Notes: generated from the letters alone by a model not told the origin. DNA of 64,000 nucleotides from Lama guanicoe (GCA_013239625.1 MU055458.1:356972-420971); one strand, 5' to 3'; positions 13,052 through 26,627 are shown, numbered from the stretch's first letter. A program made the numbers and translations.

Positions 13052-15529
13052 GTGAGTGACATGCAGCAGGGGCCTGGCAGCCTTGTGGGGGTGACCTGCG
13101 GAGGGGACCAGGCCTCTCCCTGAGCCCGACACCCCCCTGGGCGTGCGCTGCCAGGGTAGGCGGCGTGAGCCTGGCTGTGTCTTACTGCCTCCGATTGCAA
13201 AGGGCGGGCCACGAGGAGGGGGTGTCGCCGCAGCGCCCATGCAGGACCCCGTGCAAGACCAGCCAGCGGGGCTGCTTCCTTCCCTCCCCCTACCCCGCTG
13301 ACATCACTGGTCCTTTCTGGCTCCGCTCAGTTTCACTCAGGGTTCCCAGTCTCTAGCCTGGTCCCCTTTGGACCAGAAGGAAGCTGCTGCCCAGGGAGCA
13401 GGACTCAGGCTCCGGGCGGAGGGGTGGGGTGGGCGGCGCCTGGAGGGGCACACACGGGCGGGAACTGTGGGGGTTTTGTACTTTATTTCATTTTTGCAGT
13501 TCTCTAAATTAAAGGCTCTTGAATCCATCAATAATTTTTTTTAAAAAAGAAGGAAAGAAAGAGAAGTGGTTTGGGGAGGGAAGACTAGTCAGTAATAGTC
13601 AGGGCTGTGGGAGAGGAGTTCTCAGGTGAGACCAGGCCTTCTGTGTGGCCCCAGCACCCGCAGTAGCTCTTTTGGGAACCTGGAGGCATATTGAATGCCA
13701 GAGACTTGGACAGCAGCGCCCCTGAGCCTTGCGGGAGCCAGGACATGTCCTGTGGACAGGCTGGAGAAATGCGGGAGGGGTTGGTTTGTAGCTGGGGACG
13801 TCCACACCAGAGTGTGGACCGAGGGACGGCCTTGTGCTGTGAGGTCATCGGGTCCCTGAGTAATGGGCTCGGCTCCAATCAGGGGCTCAAGGGGGCCTCT
13901 GGGTGCCCTGTCTCAGCTGAGCTGAGGCAGTTCTACACAGCAGGTCCCATCTTCACCCCAGCAGGTGAGGAGGCTGAGGAACGGTAGGTCACCTGCCCAG
14001 ACTGTAGCCTGGTTTATCTGTCTCCAGAAAGAGTGCTTCCCCTGCCTTCAGGGACCATAAAACTGGAGGCAGAAGGTGCTGGAGAACAGAACAAGGGTTT
14101 CTGAAAGGGCTCAGGGGCCCAAATTGGCCAGGAATGCATCCGGCAGAGGTGGCTGTGGATCCTGGTTCAGGTCCCAGGGAAGGTGAGGCCCGCCGTGTGG
14201 GCAGGTCAGGGGCCTTCCTTGGCCCTTTGCTGACCTGAGGGCCCAAGAGGAGCCGAGCATGTGGCTTTTATAGGGTTAGTGGGATCAGGGAAATGGGGCA
14301 GTCAGATGAAGGGTGGGGCTCAGGCTCAGGGTCCACACGTAACCGAGACGAGGATGCGTGGACCTTGTACAAAAGGAAGGGGTTGTTACGGGACCTGAGG
14401 CTGATGGAGATGCCGGGTCGACATCTGTCTTCTAATGTGTGAGGTTCAGGTGTGCGCACCTTTGTGGGTCTGAAGGGGGGGCCGTCTCTTTAGGTGGAGT
14501 CTGGTGGGGGGCATCTGGATACAAGAGCCTGGCCACTGTTGGAGCAGCCGCCTCCCAGCACCTCGAGCCCCCGTCCTGGGACTCCCTGGAAGACAGCTGC
14601 CCGTCAGGCCTCTGTGACCGGGATTCCACCTCCAATCCTGATTCCAGGGTTACCCGGGCCTCCTGTGCAACCTCTCCAGGGAAACCAGTCCTGCAGGGTT
14701 GGGTGGCCGAGGTCACCAGGCTCCCCCAACTGCACAGAGCACGCGGTGACTGAATGCCAGGCCCCAGCCCTCCTGGGCCCCCAGACACCCAGCTGGCTGA
14801 ATGCTTGCCTGCCTGGGCTCATGGTGGTCCAGGGTTCCGCTCCGAGGTGCGGCTTTCCTGTTGGCCGTCCCCTCCGTCCACCACTCTGGGTTGCAGACAC
14901 ACTGGAGCGAGGATGCGAGGACGGTGTGAGGTGCCTCTTTTGTTCAGATTCTGTCACCTGGGACCCCTTTCCCGTGGCCAGAGAGAGAGCAGGAGCTGTA
15001 TTTTGTCATAGGTGCTCCCCGTCCTGAAGCCCCCATCTGTTGTGGGCAGAAACAACAACCACAGTCTTCCCTGAATAACACTCTGAAGTCGCTTGGAAAC
15101 TCTTTTTGAGGTTCATGCTCTGATGAATGCTGGAATTGGGAAAGTTTCCCTGCTTTCCCTGGTGTCCTTGAACTACCTTTGTGTATCAGATGTTGCAGCA
15201 GGAACACGGGGTGAGAGGTGGGGCCGACTTTCCATGGTGGAGCCACAAGCTGTGTGTTCACATGTGAGCCACCGGGGCTGGGCGCTGGGTCTCCCTAGGG
15301 ACAGACAGACATCGTCCCTTTCAGATCAGCACAGCAGGCTCAGGCTCCCTGGCTCCCCAGCTGGGAGAGTCTCAGGACTTGAGGAGCCCGAGATGTCCCA
15401 GCCCTGTTACCTCTGCCGCCTGGGGAACTCACGCGCCATACCTGGTAGATGGGAAGCTGGTCCAACCCCCCCTTCGCGGGAGGGCTGCATGAGTTAACTG
15501 CCACTGTCGGGGCTTTGTTTCTGGCTGAA

Positions 15530-16030
15530 TTTTTTTATCAGCTTGGGTTTTTTGTTTTTAATCATTTCAGACTTCCCAAGTTGTTATAGGAATAGCGGGA
15601 AGAACTCCATGTGCTGGATACACCGGTTGTAACATTTTGCCACCCTTTTTAACTGTTATCTTTTTCTCTCCTTTACATGTGGTGCACAGTTGCGTATCAT
15701 TTAATATGTGCTTCTTCCTTGTGTCTCCCAAGTTAGCCATCGTGTTCTTTGGAGCCATTTTCCTTTTGAGTCAGGATCCAGTCCAGGTCATGAGACGTAT
15801 GTGGTTGTCACGTCTCTAGTTTCCCTTTATCTGCACCGGTTCCTTGGCCTTTGCTGGTTTTCCACGACCTGGATGTCTTTTTTAACGGGTGCAGTTTGGG
15901 CCTGACGTTTCTTCAGGAATAGATTCAGGTTCTGCGTCTCTGATGGGAAAAAAGATCAGCCACCCACCGCAGTGATGCTGTGTCCTCCCAGTGCCTCCCA
16001 TGGCGGAGGGGGTGCTGGGGAGGGGCGACG
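15530..16030 (-). mobile_element. Ancient L1 (L1MC/ME-like) fragment
   Basis: T-rich; gttaacattttgcc-like and gagtcaggatccagtccaggtca motifs. Confidence 0.45.
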
Positions 16031-16192
16031 TAATCTCCGTTTGCCTTGCTGTCAGTGCAACTTGGGTTTTGATGAGCTAAAATAAAGTGGGAATGAATTG
16101 CTTGGAACTCCTCAAAAGCTGCGTGGAAGATGTGAGCTCCTGGAAGAGGCAGCAGGAGAAGTAAGGAAAGAGGTTCTCCTCCCAAAGACCCA

Positions 16193-16557
16193 GTGTTCGT
16201 TTACTAAGGCTGCGGCGGTCCCAGCCTCTCCAACAACAGAGACCTATTTCTTCCTGGTTCTGGAGGCTGGAAGTCTGAGATCAAGGTGTCTGCAGGGCCG
16301 GTTTCTCCCGAGGCCCCTCTCCTTGGCGTGTAGAGGGCCGTCGTCTCCCTGTGTCTCACGTGGTCGTCCCTCTGTGTCTGTGTCCTAATCTCTTCTCCTT
16401 GTAAGGGCACCAGTCAGAGTGGATGAGCGCCCACTCCAGCGGTGTCTTTTAACCTAGTCATCTCTTTAGGCCCATCTCCAAGTACAGGCACATTCTGAGG
16501 TGCTGGGGTGAGGGCTTCAGCAGGTGAATTTCAAGGGGACACAGTTCAATAGTAACA
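16193..16557 (-). mobile_element. MLT1A-like MaLR solo LTR
   Basis: gttctggaggctggaagtctgagatcaaggtgtctgcaggg...cacattctgaggtgctgggg...ggggacacagttcaa. Confidence 0.8.
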
Positions 16558-16804
16558 TCCCCTCAGGACTCAGCTGAGCCGTCATCTCTTTGGAGAGGCT
16601 GCCCTGACCACATGATCTAAAGCAGCCCCATCGTATGGAGCCCCCGCTCTCCTTTCAGCCATCTGCCATGTTAACGTCTCTCTTTACTTATGTATCACGT
16701 GTCTCTCCTGTTGGCCAGCCACATTGTGTCTGAGGGATTCGCGGTGACAGTGCCCAGAGCAGGCTCCTTGTTTTGGCGGGAGGCGCTCAGTGCCGGGGGT
16801 GGGG

Positions 16805-16839
16805 GGAAGGGGAGAGGGAGAGAGAGAGAGGGAGAGAAG
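16805..16839 (+). repeat. (GA)n purine tract
   Basis: ggaaggggagagggagagagagagagggagagaag. Confidence 0.8.
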
Positions 16840-17995
16840 TCCCACCCTGTGATAGAGAACCTGGCATTCCGGATGCAGCAGCTTGTCTGGGGCGCTCAGT
16901 GTGGTCGGGGCAAGGGGCGGGGGCTTCCTCCAGCTGCTGCGCTTTCTCCGCACCCCCAGGCCCTCTGTGCAGCCCCCCACAGGGAGCAGGGCCAGAAGAC
17001 CAGACAGTGCCATGGGCATCTGGGATTGCCATCTGAAGACGCAGAAAATTTGATATAAATGCAAATGCATGGAGAAATAGAATTTAGTTTTGAGGCAGAA
17101 CAAACACCAGGATCAGCTTAGGCCTCCCACTCCAGGTCAGCTGCAGGGGGAGGCCTGGCCAGCAGGTCAGGGCGTCCCCCATTCCCTCCCCAGGCCTGAG
17201 TTTGCCGCTGCACAGTGAGGGCTGGGTCCCCCGGCTGCCTCTGGAGGTGACCTCGGCCAGTGCTGGTGGTGGCTGCACACCCCTCACCTGCATGGGGTTC
17301 TTTACTCAACTGTGTGTCGGAGCGGGCGGCTGAGGGGGGGAGACCTTCCATTAATGCCTTTGGTTGAAAATGCCTTTCACCTTGCAGCCGGCAGTGGAGG
17401 TCTTCCACTTGCCAGGTGTGTGGTGTGACACCTGGGCCCCCTTGCCAGGTCTGGGCCTGGGTCGTGTCTGGGCAGTGCGAGCCCCTCTTCTCCAAGGCAG
17501 CTAAACCGCATGCTCCTTGCATGTCTGAAGAGGTCGGACACAAGTGGAATCTAGTCCCGTCAGCCGGGGGCAGGCCCACCTCCTGGTCCACTGAGGTCTC
17601 CTGTGGCCGGGATGAGAAGGGGCCGCCCTGTCCCACCCGCTGGGCATACTTATTTGAATTCACTAGCATCCTGGTAACTTTAGCCGCTGCTGGTGGCCCC
17701 GTTTAAACAAGTGCAGTGGGAGGCCAGGCAGCTGCACACGGGAACTGCTACCCACCCGGGGCCCTGAGTCACTTCTCGACAGGTCGCTTCGGGAGGAGGA
17801 ATCGTGCTCAGTGCGTGGGGGCAGTGGGGGGGTGTGCAGGCGGGAGGCCCCGGCTGCTCGGAGGAGCTGACATTCCTGCAGCTCTGCACGGTCTGCTGCA
17901 CTTGGGCTTCCTCCAGAGCTGTGCTCAGAGCCCGTGTCTCAGAGAGATGGAGAGCAGTGGCACCTGTCCCACACTCTTTTCCTCCCCACCTGCAG

Positions 17996-18103
17996 GCCAG
18001 CCAGCTGGGTGTGTACCGGGCCTTTGTGGACAACTACGGAGTTGCCATGGAAACGGCCGAGAAGTGCTGTCAGGCCAACGCTCAGTTTGCAGAAATCTCC
18101 GAG
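17996..18103 (+). CDS. BCR: BCR exon 5 (108 nt): ASQLGVYRAFVDNYGVAMETAEKCCQANAQFAEISE (DH)
   Basis: ctgcag|GCC...GAG|gtacgc. Confidence 0.97.
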
Positions 18104-19689
18104 GTACGCGTGACGCTGTTCAGACAGGTGCACCCTCCACCTCCCGCGGGTGGGCTGTGGGCTGGTCGTGACCTAGGAGAACAAGGCACACCAAACTTTT
18201 ATATAGACTTCAGCTCTGTTTCCGGATGCCTGTGGGTTGGTACCGTCAGCCCCGGGCGGGGGACGCTGTTTTGAGCAGATGGAGCAGCCTGAGGCTCCCC
18301 AGGGACCTGGCTCAACTCTGTCCCCCCGACACATTGTCCCCCAACACACGCTCTCTTGCACCACCTCTGCAGTTCAGGGTGTCTGTAGTCCTGCCCCATT
18401 AACAAGGGGTCTCAACACCTGAGTCCTGAGGCCGACTTTGCACTTCGTGCCTGGAGGGCTGGTGGGAAGGTGCCCATCTCTGCTCCTCTGTGGCCTGCAG
18501 TTGGCGCTGGGGGTATGGCTGGTGTCGTGTGCTCTGTAGACCCACCCTAGGGGGAGAGCTGCAGGCTGGGCACCGTTCCGGCCCTGGGAGGACTGAACCC
18601 TCAAGCCCTGGAGTGTTAGCACCAGGGGCCTCCGAAGAGCCCCTTGGATGCAGAGGACGGGGTCCGTCCCTCTCTGCCTTTTCTTGCGTCTATGCATAGC
18701 AGCTGGGTGACACTTCCCTCCTCCTGGGCCTGTCCTCGGAAGCCTTCCCAGCCAAACAAGGATTCTGGGTAGAAAGACCTCTGAGTAAGAAATCAAGTTT
18801 AGGAAGAGAAAGGGAAACTAGAAGTAGGGGGAGGGTCCCTCACTGGGAGATGATCGTGCCCGACTGTCACCCCGGGCTCTTCTCCATGCCATACTGCTCA
18901 TGCTGGGAGGCAGGCCTCTGGGTCCTGGCACTGACGTCTCCCACAGTGATGACGTGTGCCTTGCCATCCCCCTCGTCCCCCACCCCGAGCCCGTGGGCGC
19001 CCTGCTCCCCACCTGGCATTGCGGTGATGGGCTGCGCACGTCCAGGGCTGCTGTCTGGCTCCACGCCCCCTCTGCAGCTGCCCCTTTTGCCTGGAGTGTT
19101 GGGTCTGTTCGTCTCTTTAGCTCATTAAACTAGCAACCTCACCCCCCTAACAGCTGGAATGCGTGTGCAGAGTCCCGAGTGACCTTGACAAACTAGAGAC
19201 CTAGTTCTTTAAGATCAGGCTACGGTTGAACGGGGCCAAGTTCATATCCACCTGACAGGTTTCTGCAGAGGAGGGAGGAAGCAATGTTAGGGCTCCACCA
19301 GGGGGTCGCGTGGTCCTGCCGACCACGCACAGGTGGGAACTGAGCCAAAGCCCACACACAGGCAGCAGGACGGCGTTTGGGGCAGCCAGAAGCCAGCCCT
19401 CCATGGAGCTTATACCATCGGCTGTGTCTACTGTGGTTCTCCCATGCACATTTCAAAAACGATCTAAAAAATGAGAGTCACATAGACAGTGAAATGACCC
19501 AAAGGGAAACAGGCAGCAGGCTGTGTAGAGGTGTTGGGGGTGCACTCTGGGGGGCCAGAGGTCAGCCATAGGCTCTGGACGTCCACTTCCAAGGACAGGC
19601 AGGGGTGGAGCAGTGGTCCTTCATGTCTCCCAGGACCAGGCCTAAGAAATGGGGGTGTGGCAGCATCCGGTCAGACTGGAGGCCCCACC

Positions 19690-19975
19690 TGGGTTCCGTG
19701 AGCGTGAGCTCTCCAGACGGTAGATCACAGGAACCGTATGAAAAGGGCTTCTAGAGTCAAGGAGGTTTGGGAAATGTGGGGTTAAACTGGATTGTATGTT
19801 TCCTTGAGGCAGGCTTCCTGGAGCCCAAGATGCTCAAGGTACCCACTAGCATCTCGCCTTACAGGGGCACTTGGTGTCTCGCTGCTGCCCGAGCTCACGT
19901 GAGCGGCACCTGATTTTTGCAGAGTTGAGCTCTCACACCTCCTGCCCCGCCACTCACCCTCTGGGAGCTGCTCAG
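19690..19975. mobile_element. Possible ancient hAT-Charlie (MER103-like) remnant
   Basis: gtttgggaaatgtggggttaaac...gcaggcttcctggagcc. Confidence 0.35.
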
Positions 19976-20532
19976 GTGGACGGATGGAGGAGTCACACTG
20001 AGGGTCGCTAAACTCTCAGGAGAGGCACCAAGGGGGCGTTAGGAGTTTGGCCCCTGTGTGTTTTTCAGTCCCAAGAGGTTTCCTGCAGCCTGTGAGGTGG
20101 GGGAAGCCATCTCCAGGCCCCTTCCCGCCCCTGTGCTGTTTTTTTTGTTCAAAAGCCCAGTGCTGGGATTTACCACAGCTTCTTTCCAGAGACTGTTTCA
20201 GGCACACAGGGACCTTTGATCCATATTTCTCTTGGTACCTTGGACCAAATCAGTGATGCCTTTGACGCAGTTGTGTTGAAACCTGACCTACCCACTAGAA
20301 AGCTCTGCTCATTCCTGGAATCCAGCACCTTTGTTTCTTAGCAAGGACATTTGCGAAGTCAGGAGAGGCTGGGTGGAGGCACAGCCCCGCTGGCGGCCCG
20401 CCCTGGCGGCTTCAGCCCAAGTGTTCCTCCAACCCAGCAGCCCCTGCACGCTGTTTAACTGCTCCGAGAAAGCTGTTCCGTGCATCCAGGAGGGGCACTG
20501 CAGGTTGCTTCCATTTGCAGGTTCTTCTATTC

Positions 20533-20725
20533 CAGTTCTCAACCAGGGCTGTTTTGTCCCCTGGAGACATTTAGCAGTGCCCGGGGACACTTTTGGTTGT
20601 GATGGTAGAAAGACGGGGTGCCACTGCACCCACAGGACGATGCTCAACGTCCCAGGTGCGCAGGACAGGCCCTCTCAATAGACAGTTTCTGCTGTGATGG
20701 CAGCAACGCCGAGGCTGAGAAGCCA
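20533..20725 (+). mobile_element. MER20 DNA transposon
   Basis: cagttctcaaccagggctgttttgtcccctggagacattt...ttttggttgt...gccgaggctgagaag. Confidence 0.75.
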
Positions 20726-20910
20726 CCCCAGGTGAACCACGGCGTCCATGGTATGCTGTGTGCTCACACTGTGGCCCAGACATGCCCCTGAGGTTTTCCC
20801 ACATCTAGGGTGCTCAGTGGTGAAATTTTGCTGAAAGTTCCTGAGCATGAACTGGCATTTTCAGAGCTGCTTGGTTCGTCCCCTCTGAAAATGCACTTTT
20901 CTCTTTGCAG

Positions 20911-20971
20911 AACCTGAGAGCCAGAAGCAACAAGGATGCCAAGGACCAGATGACCAAGAACTCTTTGGAAA
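20911..20971 (+). CDS. BCR: BCR exon 6 (61 nt): NLRARSNKDAKDQMTKNSLE(T)
   Basis: ttgcag|AAC...GAAA|gtgagt. Confidence 0.96.
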
Positions 20972-22096
20972 GTGAGTTCTCCATGTCCCTTGGGAGTGGC
21001 TGCCGCCAGCAGACAGGGCGTTTGCTGGGACGGCAGGCGCGGCATCCAGCCAGGTCCCCCTCGGGCCCCTCTGCTGCTCCAGACTTGCAGTAGTGAAAGC
21101 GGGGCTGAGGAGGGAGCAGCGCTGGGCTGGGTGGGGAGGGACGTGGTTGGGACCATATTGCCACCAATGAGGGCAACTGGGAAGAACGGTAGGAGTTACC
21201 AGATGCCCACAAAGCAGGCACTGCCAGCATTTAAGATGTCATCACACTGTCCCAATGGCCCTGCAGGAGGATTTTATCTTCCTTCCTTTCAGGTGATGGA
21301 ACATTTAGAGTGGAAATTACCGTGTAGAACACAGGCCCTGAGTGGCTTGGCAGTGGTCAGGCACAAGTTGTCAGGCTCCCAGGCCTCGTCCACCCCCCGC
21401 CTTGGGGCACAGACTTGGCTCAGGAGCTGGAAGGCACTTCTCTCTCACTTCTGGCTGTTAGGGTCTCAGGAACAGTCACGCTCACAGAGAACAGCAGACG
21501 TGGTCCAGTGCCCAGAGCTTCACCACACTTTGAGCCGGCTTCCCCGTAAGATGGGGGTAAAAGTGCACGCCCTGCACTAGTCATGGGAGTCAGAGGCACA
21601 CTTGCACCTGACATCTCAGAACACACCTGAGCGCCTGTGCTGTGATGGGCTGTGCCCACTGTGCAGAAGTGGGGGAGTTCCATGCTGCTGGCGTCTGGGT
21701 GTGTGAAAACACCTGGAAAGCCAAGAGCCCTGTCTTAGTATCAGGCTTGGATCCAGTGTGCTGGTCTGCAGCCCTCACCCCCCGAACCCTCAGTGCCCTG
21801 TCCTCACCAGGGTGCTGGCCAGCTGCGTGACCCTAGGCAGGAAGGTCGTCAACACTGAGCCCTTTTAATGCTTTTTACTGAGTCAGCCCTGCAGCTTCCA
21901 GTTCTGGTCAGCAGCCCTGGGTCCTTCATGGTCACAGACTGAAAGCTCACAGCTGTGTCCCCAGCCTTCCAGCATGTTGGGTTCAACCTTGTCGCGGAGC
22001 AGAGGGGATATGGAGGTTGGCTCTGCAGTGAGGGTGGGCAGGCGGGCAGTCCCTTCTCCACGGCCAGCATCTCTCACTCTGCCTGTCTCTCCACAG

Positions 22097-22149
22097 CCCT
22101 TCTTTACAAGCCTGTGGACCGGGTGACGCGGAGCACGCTGGTCCTGCAT
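22097..22149 (+). CDS. BCR: BCR exon 7 (53 nt): (T)LLYKPVDRVTRSTLVLH
   Basis: ccacag|CC...CAT|gtgagt. Confidence 0.96.
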
Positions 22150-23201
22150 GTGAGTCCCTCAGCCTACGCCCTCCCAGGACAACAGCCTCACTACCCTCGG
22201 GCCCTGGGCCTTCTCGCCCTGCGGTTCTTGGCTTCTGTCCTGGGGCTGACCCTGATGTCTGTCAGTTTTGCTCACCTCCCCCGCTTTTCTGCAACTCACC
22301 TTTATTGAGAATGCAGAAGTGAGGCACCTTGGCCATTGCTCCTGGGGGCGGCAGTGGGGGGCCACAGCAGGCTCTCCAGGTGTTCCCAGTGCTATCACGT
22401 GGGCAGGAACAGGTTGAGAGCATCCCTTCCCACATGGGCAGGAGCTCACAGATGGAGAAGCTCCTGAGGTGGGGGTGGGGGTCTCAGCACGTGAGCTAAG
22501 GTGGACAGGTTGGGGCATGGGTGTGGGTGCGTCCTGGGGCTATGGTTGGACTACATCCTCCCCGCCGGGAGAAGGTGGGTGAGGGGGCCGCGCCCGGTGG
22601 GGCTGCCCCTGAAGGCACAGGGCGAGTCACAGCATTAAGGGAACGTCTTAATACTGAGAAAAAATATGGCCCCCAATTCTACTGCCCTGTTCATTTGTAT
22701 TTAGAGCAAGCCTTCTGTGGGCGTTTTTTAAAACTGTATAGCCAAGTTGCAGAAGTGTATGAAGTTTCCATTTCCTCTACTTTTTGCTCCCCACAAAGGA
22801 GCCGCCACCACAGAGATCTTTATGCCGCCACGTGTGACATCTGCTTAACCACTCAGACGGCATTGTGCTGAGCATACCATCCCACACGTGGCTTTTTTCC
22901 CCTTAAAGTTATATCGTGACAGTTGTCTCATTTGGACCCAGATGGCTCTGCCTCGTTTGTTCTTAAACTGCATGGTCTCCCGTCCGGTGTACGTTTCACA
23001 TCTTACCTCCGACTGACGGTTCCTGGACGCAGGGAGAGGAGTTGAGAGTTACTTTGTGGGAGGCTCCGGCAGGTGGCCCATCCAAGTCCCCGAGACCCTT
23101 ATTCTGTCCCCTCTCTGTGATGAGCCCAGGCCTGGCAGAAGGGAGCTGAAGCTACTGGGAGCAGAGTGGGGAGGCTGGCCTGGGACCCCCGATCCCAGAG
23201 C

Positions 23202-23246
23202 CTCCCCCAAACTTGTTTCGTCTCCCCCAAACTTGTTTCGTCTCCC
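23202..23246 (+). repeat. Perfect 20-bp tandem duplication
   Basis: (ctcccccaaacttgtttcgt)x2 plus ctccc. Confidence 0.9.
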
Positions 23247-23369
23247 TGGGTTCTCTTTGCTGTAAGACTGAGAGCTGAGAGGGTTTTGTTTCTCTGAAGC
23301 AGGGAGCCGTCACCTTGCAGGGGAGGAAGAGCGGGAAGCTCGGGGGCTTTCTCCTGACCTCGCACAGAC

Positions 23370-23560
23370 CAGTGGGCTAGGTCCGGTTCTGCCCCAGGCG
23401 ACATGCGGCAGTGTCTGCAGACACTCCTGCTTGTCACAAGGTACCACTGGCGTCAAGTGGGCAGAGGCCAAGGAGTGTACCAACATCCCACCGTGCAGGG
23501 GACAGCCCCCACCAGAGTTGCCCCGCCAGGCACGCGGCTGGTGCCCAGGTGGAGAGCCCC
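23370..23560 (+). mobile_element. MER20 remnant
   Basis: ggcagtgtctgcagaca...ttgtcacaa...gtgggcagaggccaagg...aacatcccac...ggacagccccca. Confidence 0.6.
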
Positions 23561-23757
23561 TTTTGGCAGCAGGCAAACAGCCTAGGTTTGTGGGTCCCCA
23601 TTTGGGACCTGCTCCCGGAATGGTCCTTGCACGAGCACTGCCCACACAGCCTCGGCCATCCTGAGAGATGGTGGCCCGGGTCACGCCCAGCGCGTCTACG
23701 GCTCTCATGGCAGTGGGTGCTGGGGCTGTGCTGAGTCGAGCCCTTCGCCCGATGCAG

Positions 23758-23898
23758 GACTTGCTGAAACACACTCCGTCCAGCCACCCCGACTACCCTT
23801 TGCTGCAGGACGCCCTCCGAATCTCGCAGAACTTCCTGTCCAGCATCAACGAGGAGATCACACCCCGCCGGCAGTCCATGACCGTGAAGAAGGGGGAG
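23758..23898 (+). CDS. BCR: BCR exon 8 (141 nt): [47 protein letters not shown]
   Basis: atgcag|GAC...GAG|gtgagc. Confidence 0.97.
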
Positions 23899-26441
23899 GT
23901 GAGCATGTGGAGTCGATTGTGGGGGGACCCACTGTGTCACGGCAGCTCAGCCCAACATGGAAATGCCTGGCCTTTGGGGCCCTGGACCCTGGTGAGCGCA
24001 GGCTGGCATACAGGGCGTCAAGGTGGAGTTGCAGGGGCAGGGGCCTCACTTGACCACCTCTCTCCGTTGTGGCCAGTATGTCCCGGGTCCCCGGCTTTTC
24101 CCCACACCCTCACCAATTCAGGGTCCCCAGCTGAGGAGCCAGGTGAGGAGGAGGGTGACATTTATCTGCCTGGGATCCATTCAGTTCCCTCTAGTGTTTT
24201 TGTTACAAAACACTTTAACGGTATGTAAGGATTTTGAAGGGGAAGCAGTGAAGGGATGCGTGCTTTGTCTGATGGGAGAACAGATGGAGGACGTGGCAGG
24301 CATCTTCCACCAGGAAGGCTCTCCTTCCTCTCCTCCGTCCCTGGCTGACAGCCCCTCCTGGTCTCCATCTCCATGCCCATTGCAGATGAGAGGGTGTGGA
24401 ACAGAGGGTCTCAGACCCCACCCCTGCCACATCAGCCCCTTTCCGGGAGGGACCCAGCCTGGTGCCAAGCAGTGCACAGTGAGACGCAGAGGTGTGCAGT
24501 CAGGGAGCTGGCGTCCAGTGTGGGCCTCCTGTGTTGGAGCGGTGCCAGGGCAAGGGGAGCCCTACAGCCCAGCAACACACAAGCTGGCAGTGAGCCTGAC
24601 TGTAGCTGCCACTCAGAGCCACTTCCTCCTCTTCTAGTTCATGTGCCAGATGCTCGGTGCCAAGGCTGCCCCAGATCCTCTGCAGGCTTAACAGAGAGCA
24701 AGCTTCATGGTTAAGTTCCCCGGGGGTCCTGGCCCAGGAAGGGCCGATTTGGGGATCCCATCCCTGCATCGCCACATACTCGCCTGCCAGGCAGTCTGGC
24801 ACCTGTGCTCTCCCACCCCGAGCCTGTTCCTTTCCTTTCTGGCAGAGTGGAAACACTGCATTGGGTGCCTGGCACCCAACGGGGCACGGTTTCCGGGAGA
24901 AGCCCCACCAGCAGCACAGGCAGCAGCCCTGGCTGTGTGTGTTAGCTCCTGAGTCTCTGATTCGTGGGAGGCAGGCATGTGTCCCCAGCACGTCCCAGGG
25001 GCTCCCCACCCGGTTGTGATGGCTGGAACCTGAGGAGAGCTGGGGTTCAGAGCTGGGGTTCAGGTCTCCTTTCCTGGAGCAACAGTGGGGCCTGAGGTCC
25101 CCCACCCCACGGTCCTGGTTCCGGGACATGGGAGGAGCAAAGCCTTGGCCTCCCTCGTGAGCAGTTCACACAGTCTCACTGGACGTGGACGTGAACGTGA
25201 GATTTGCTTCTGCTGAGACTCCCGTCCCCACCGGGTTCATGCGGCTCAGTGTCCCCCACTGGGACACCTGCTCTCTCTCCCTTGCTGACTGTCCTTTTAT
25301 GGGAGCACTGAACTCCTGGGAAGCCGCCGTGCAAGTCCTTTTCCCCTCAGCCTCTCATGTGCTGCCTAGCCTACCCAGACCTCCCACTGCCAGTTAGGGT
25401 CCCAGGAGAAGCGCCTTCTTGCTGTTCCGATCATTGGCAGCAGCTGCCTTGGGGAACTGAGGAAGATCGGATGTCTCCTGGCAGCTGGCAGCCAGGGCCT
25501 TGTCCCTGCAAGGACGGGGTCGGGGCCCCAGGGCGTCTGAGCGGGAGGTGTGTAGGGGCCAGTGCTTCATGCGGGCAGGGGTCTCTACCTGGGCCTCCCC
25601 ACCCCCGCCAGCATCTGGCCCTGTTGGCCTATGATGTTTGCTCCTCCAGGGGTCACTGGAGTGTTTCAGCCATGAAAGGGGGAGGAGGGTCAATGGCCCT
25701 TAAAGGTCGTGAGTCTGACTCGCCCTCACTTTCCTTCAGAGCTCTCCATTCAGGGAATAGATGGTGACTAGTCCAGGATGCAGGCAGGTGCCCCCACGCA
25801 TGCCCCACGGCCATTCCAGAGGCAGACCACCCATCAATCAGGCACTCCCAGCCAGCCAGCAATTATAAGTCACTGCCCCTCAGACCGCCCTGTCCTGGGG
25901 TCCAGCAGAGTCCTGGGCCTCTCTCTCTCCTCCTACGGCTCCACCTGGGGCTGTTTGTTCTAGTGAGACTATTAGTCAAAGGAATAGTCTTGTGACCTCA
26001 GACCATCTTTAGAGCATATCTCTGGGTGCCTGGGGCTGAGCCCTGCTCTGGCCTATGACTCCAGGAGGACCTGATGGGCCAAGTCAATGCCAGTACTGAG
26101 AGCCTGGGGACGGGGCTAGTGGGTGTGTCTGAGAGGGTTGTCTCCTGGGCAGGCATAGGCCTCCCCCCGGCCCTGGTCCTTGGAGGCTGACAGACGAGAC
26201 CGGGCTGACAGGCATCCCCGTAGGCCCCAGGTCAGATCAGGGGCCCAGGATGATGGAGGGGTGGCCAGGTGATGGCCTCGTGGTCCAGCAGCCTCTCCAG
26301 ACCCCTCCTCAGAGGGCAGAGTGGCCCCTCGCAGGGCCTCATACTGACCCACTATTGGACCTCCGCTCCCTGCCTCTTTGAGCCAGAAGGAGGCATCTGC
26401 CAGGGGTCAGGGTCCCAGGCTGTGTACCAGGTGGAACCACT

Positions 26442-26627
26442 AGCCTTGAGAGAGTGCCCCAGACCTGGGATGTCCTGGGGCCTGGGGGACAGGGGTCTGG
26501 GGGCTGTGGCTAGAGACAGTGTGGTGCCCAGCCCAGCCTTGACAGAGTGCCCCAGACCTGGGACGTCCTGGGGCCTGGGGGACGGGGATCTAGGGGCTGT
26601 GGCTAGAGACAGTGTGGTGCCCAGCCC
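26442..26627 (+). repeat. 93-bp tandem duplication (2 copies, 5 mismatches)
   Basis: agccttgaSagagtgccccagacctggga...gtggtgcccagccc at 26442-26534 and 26535-26627. Confidence 0.95.

Noticed and set aside
24695-24720. agcttcatggt, resembling the SFMV part of BCR exon 9
   Set aside because: Flanks do not encode HRQLLKD or ELVEG; chance 11-mer
26442-26627. Direct repeats as a possible CRISPR-like array
   Set aside because: Two adjacent copies with no spacers in mammalian DNA
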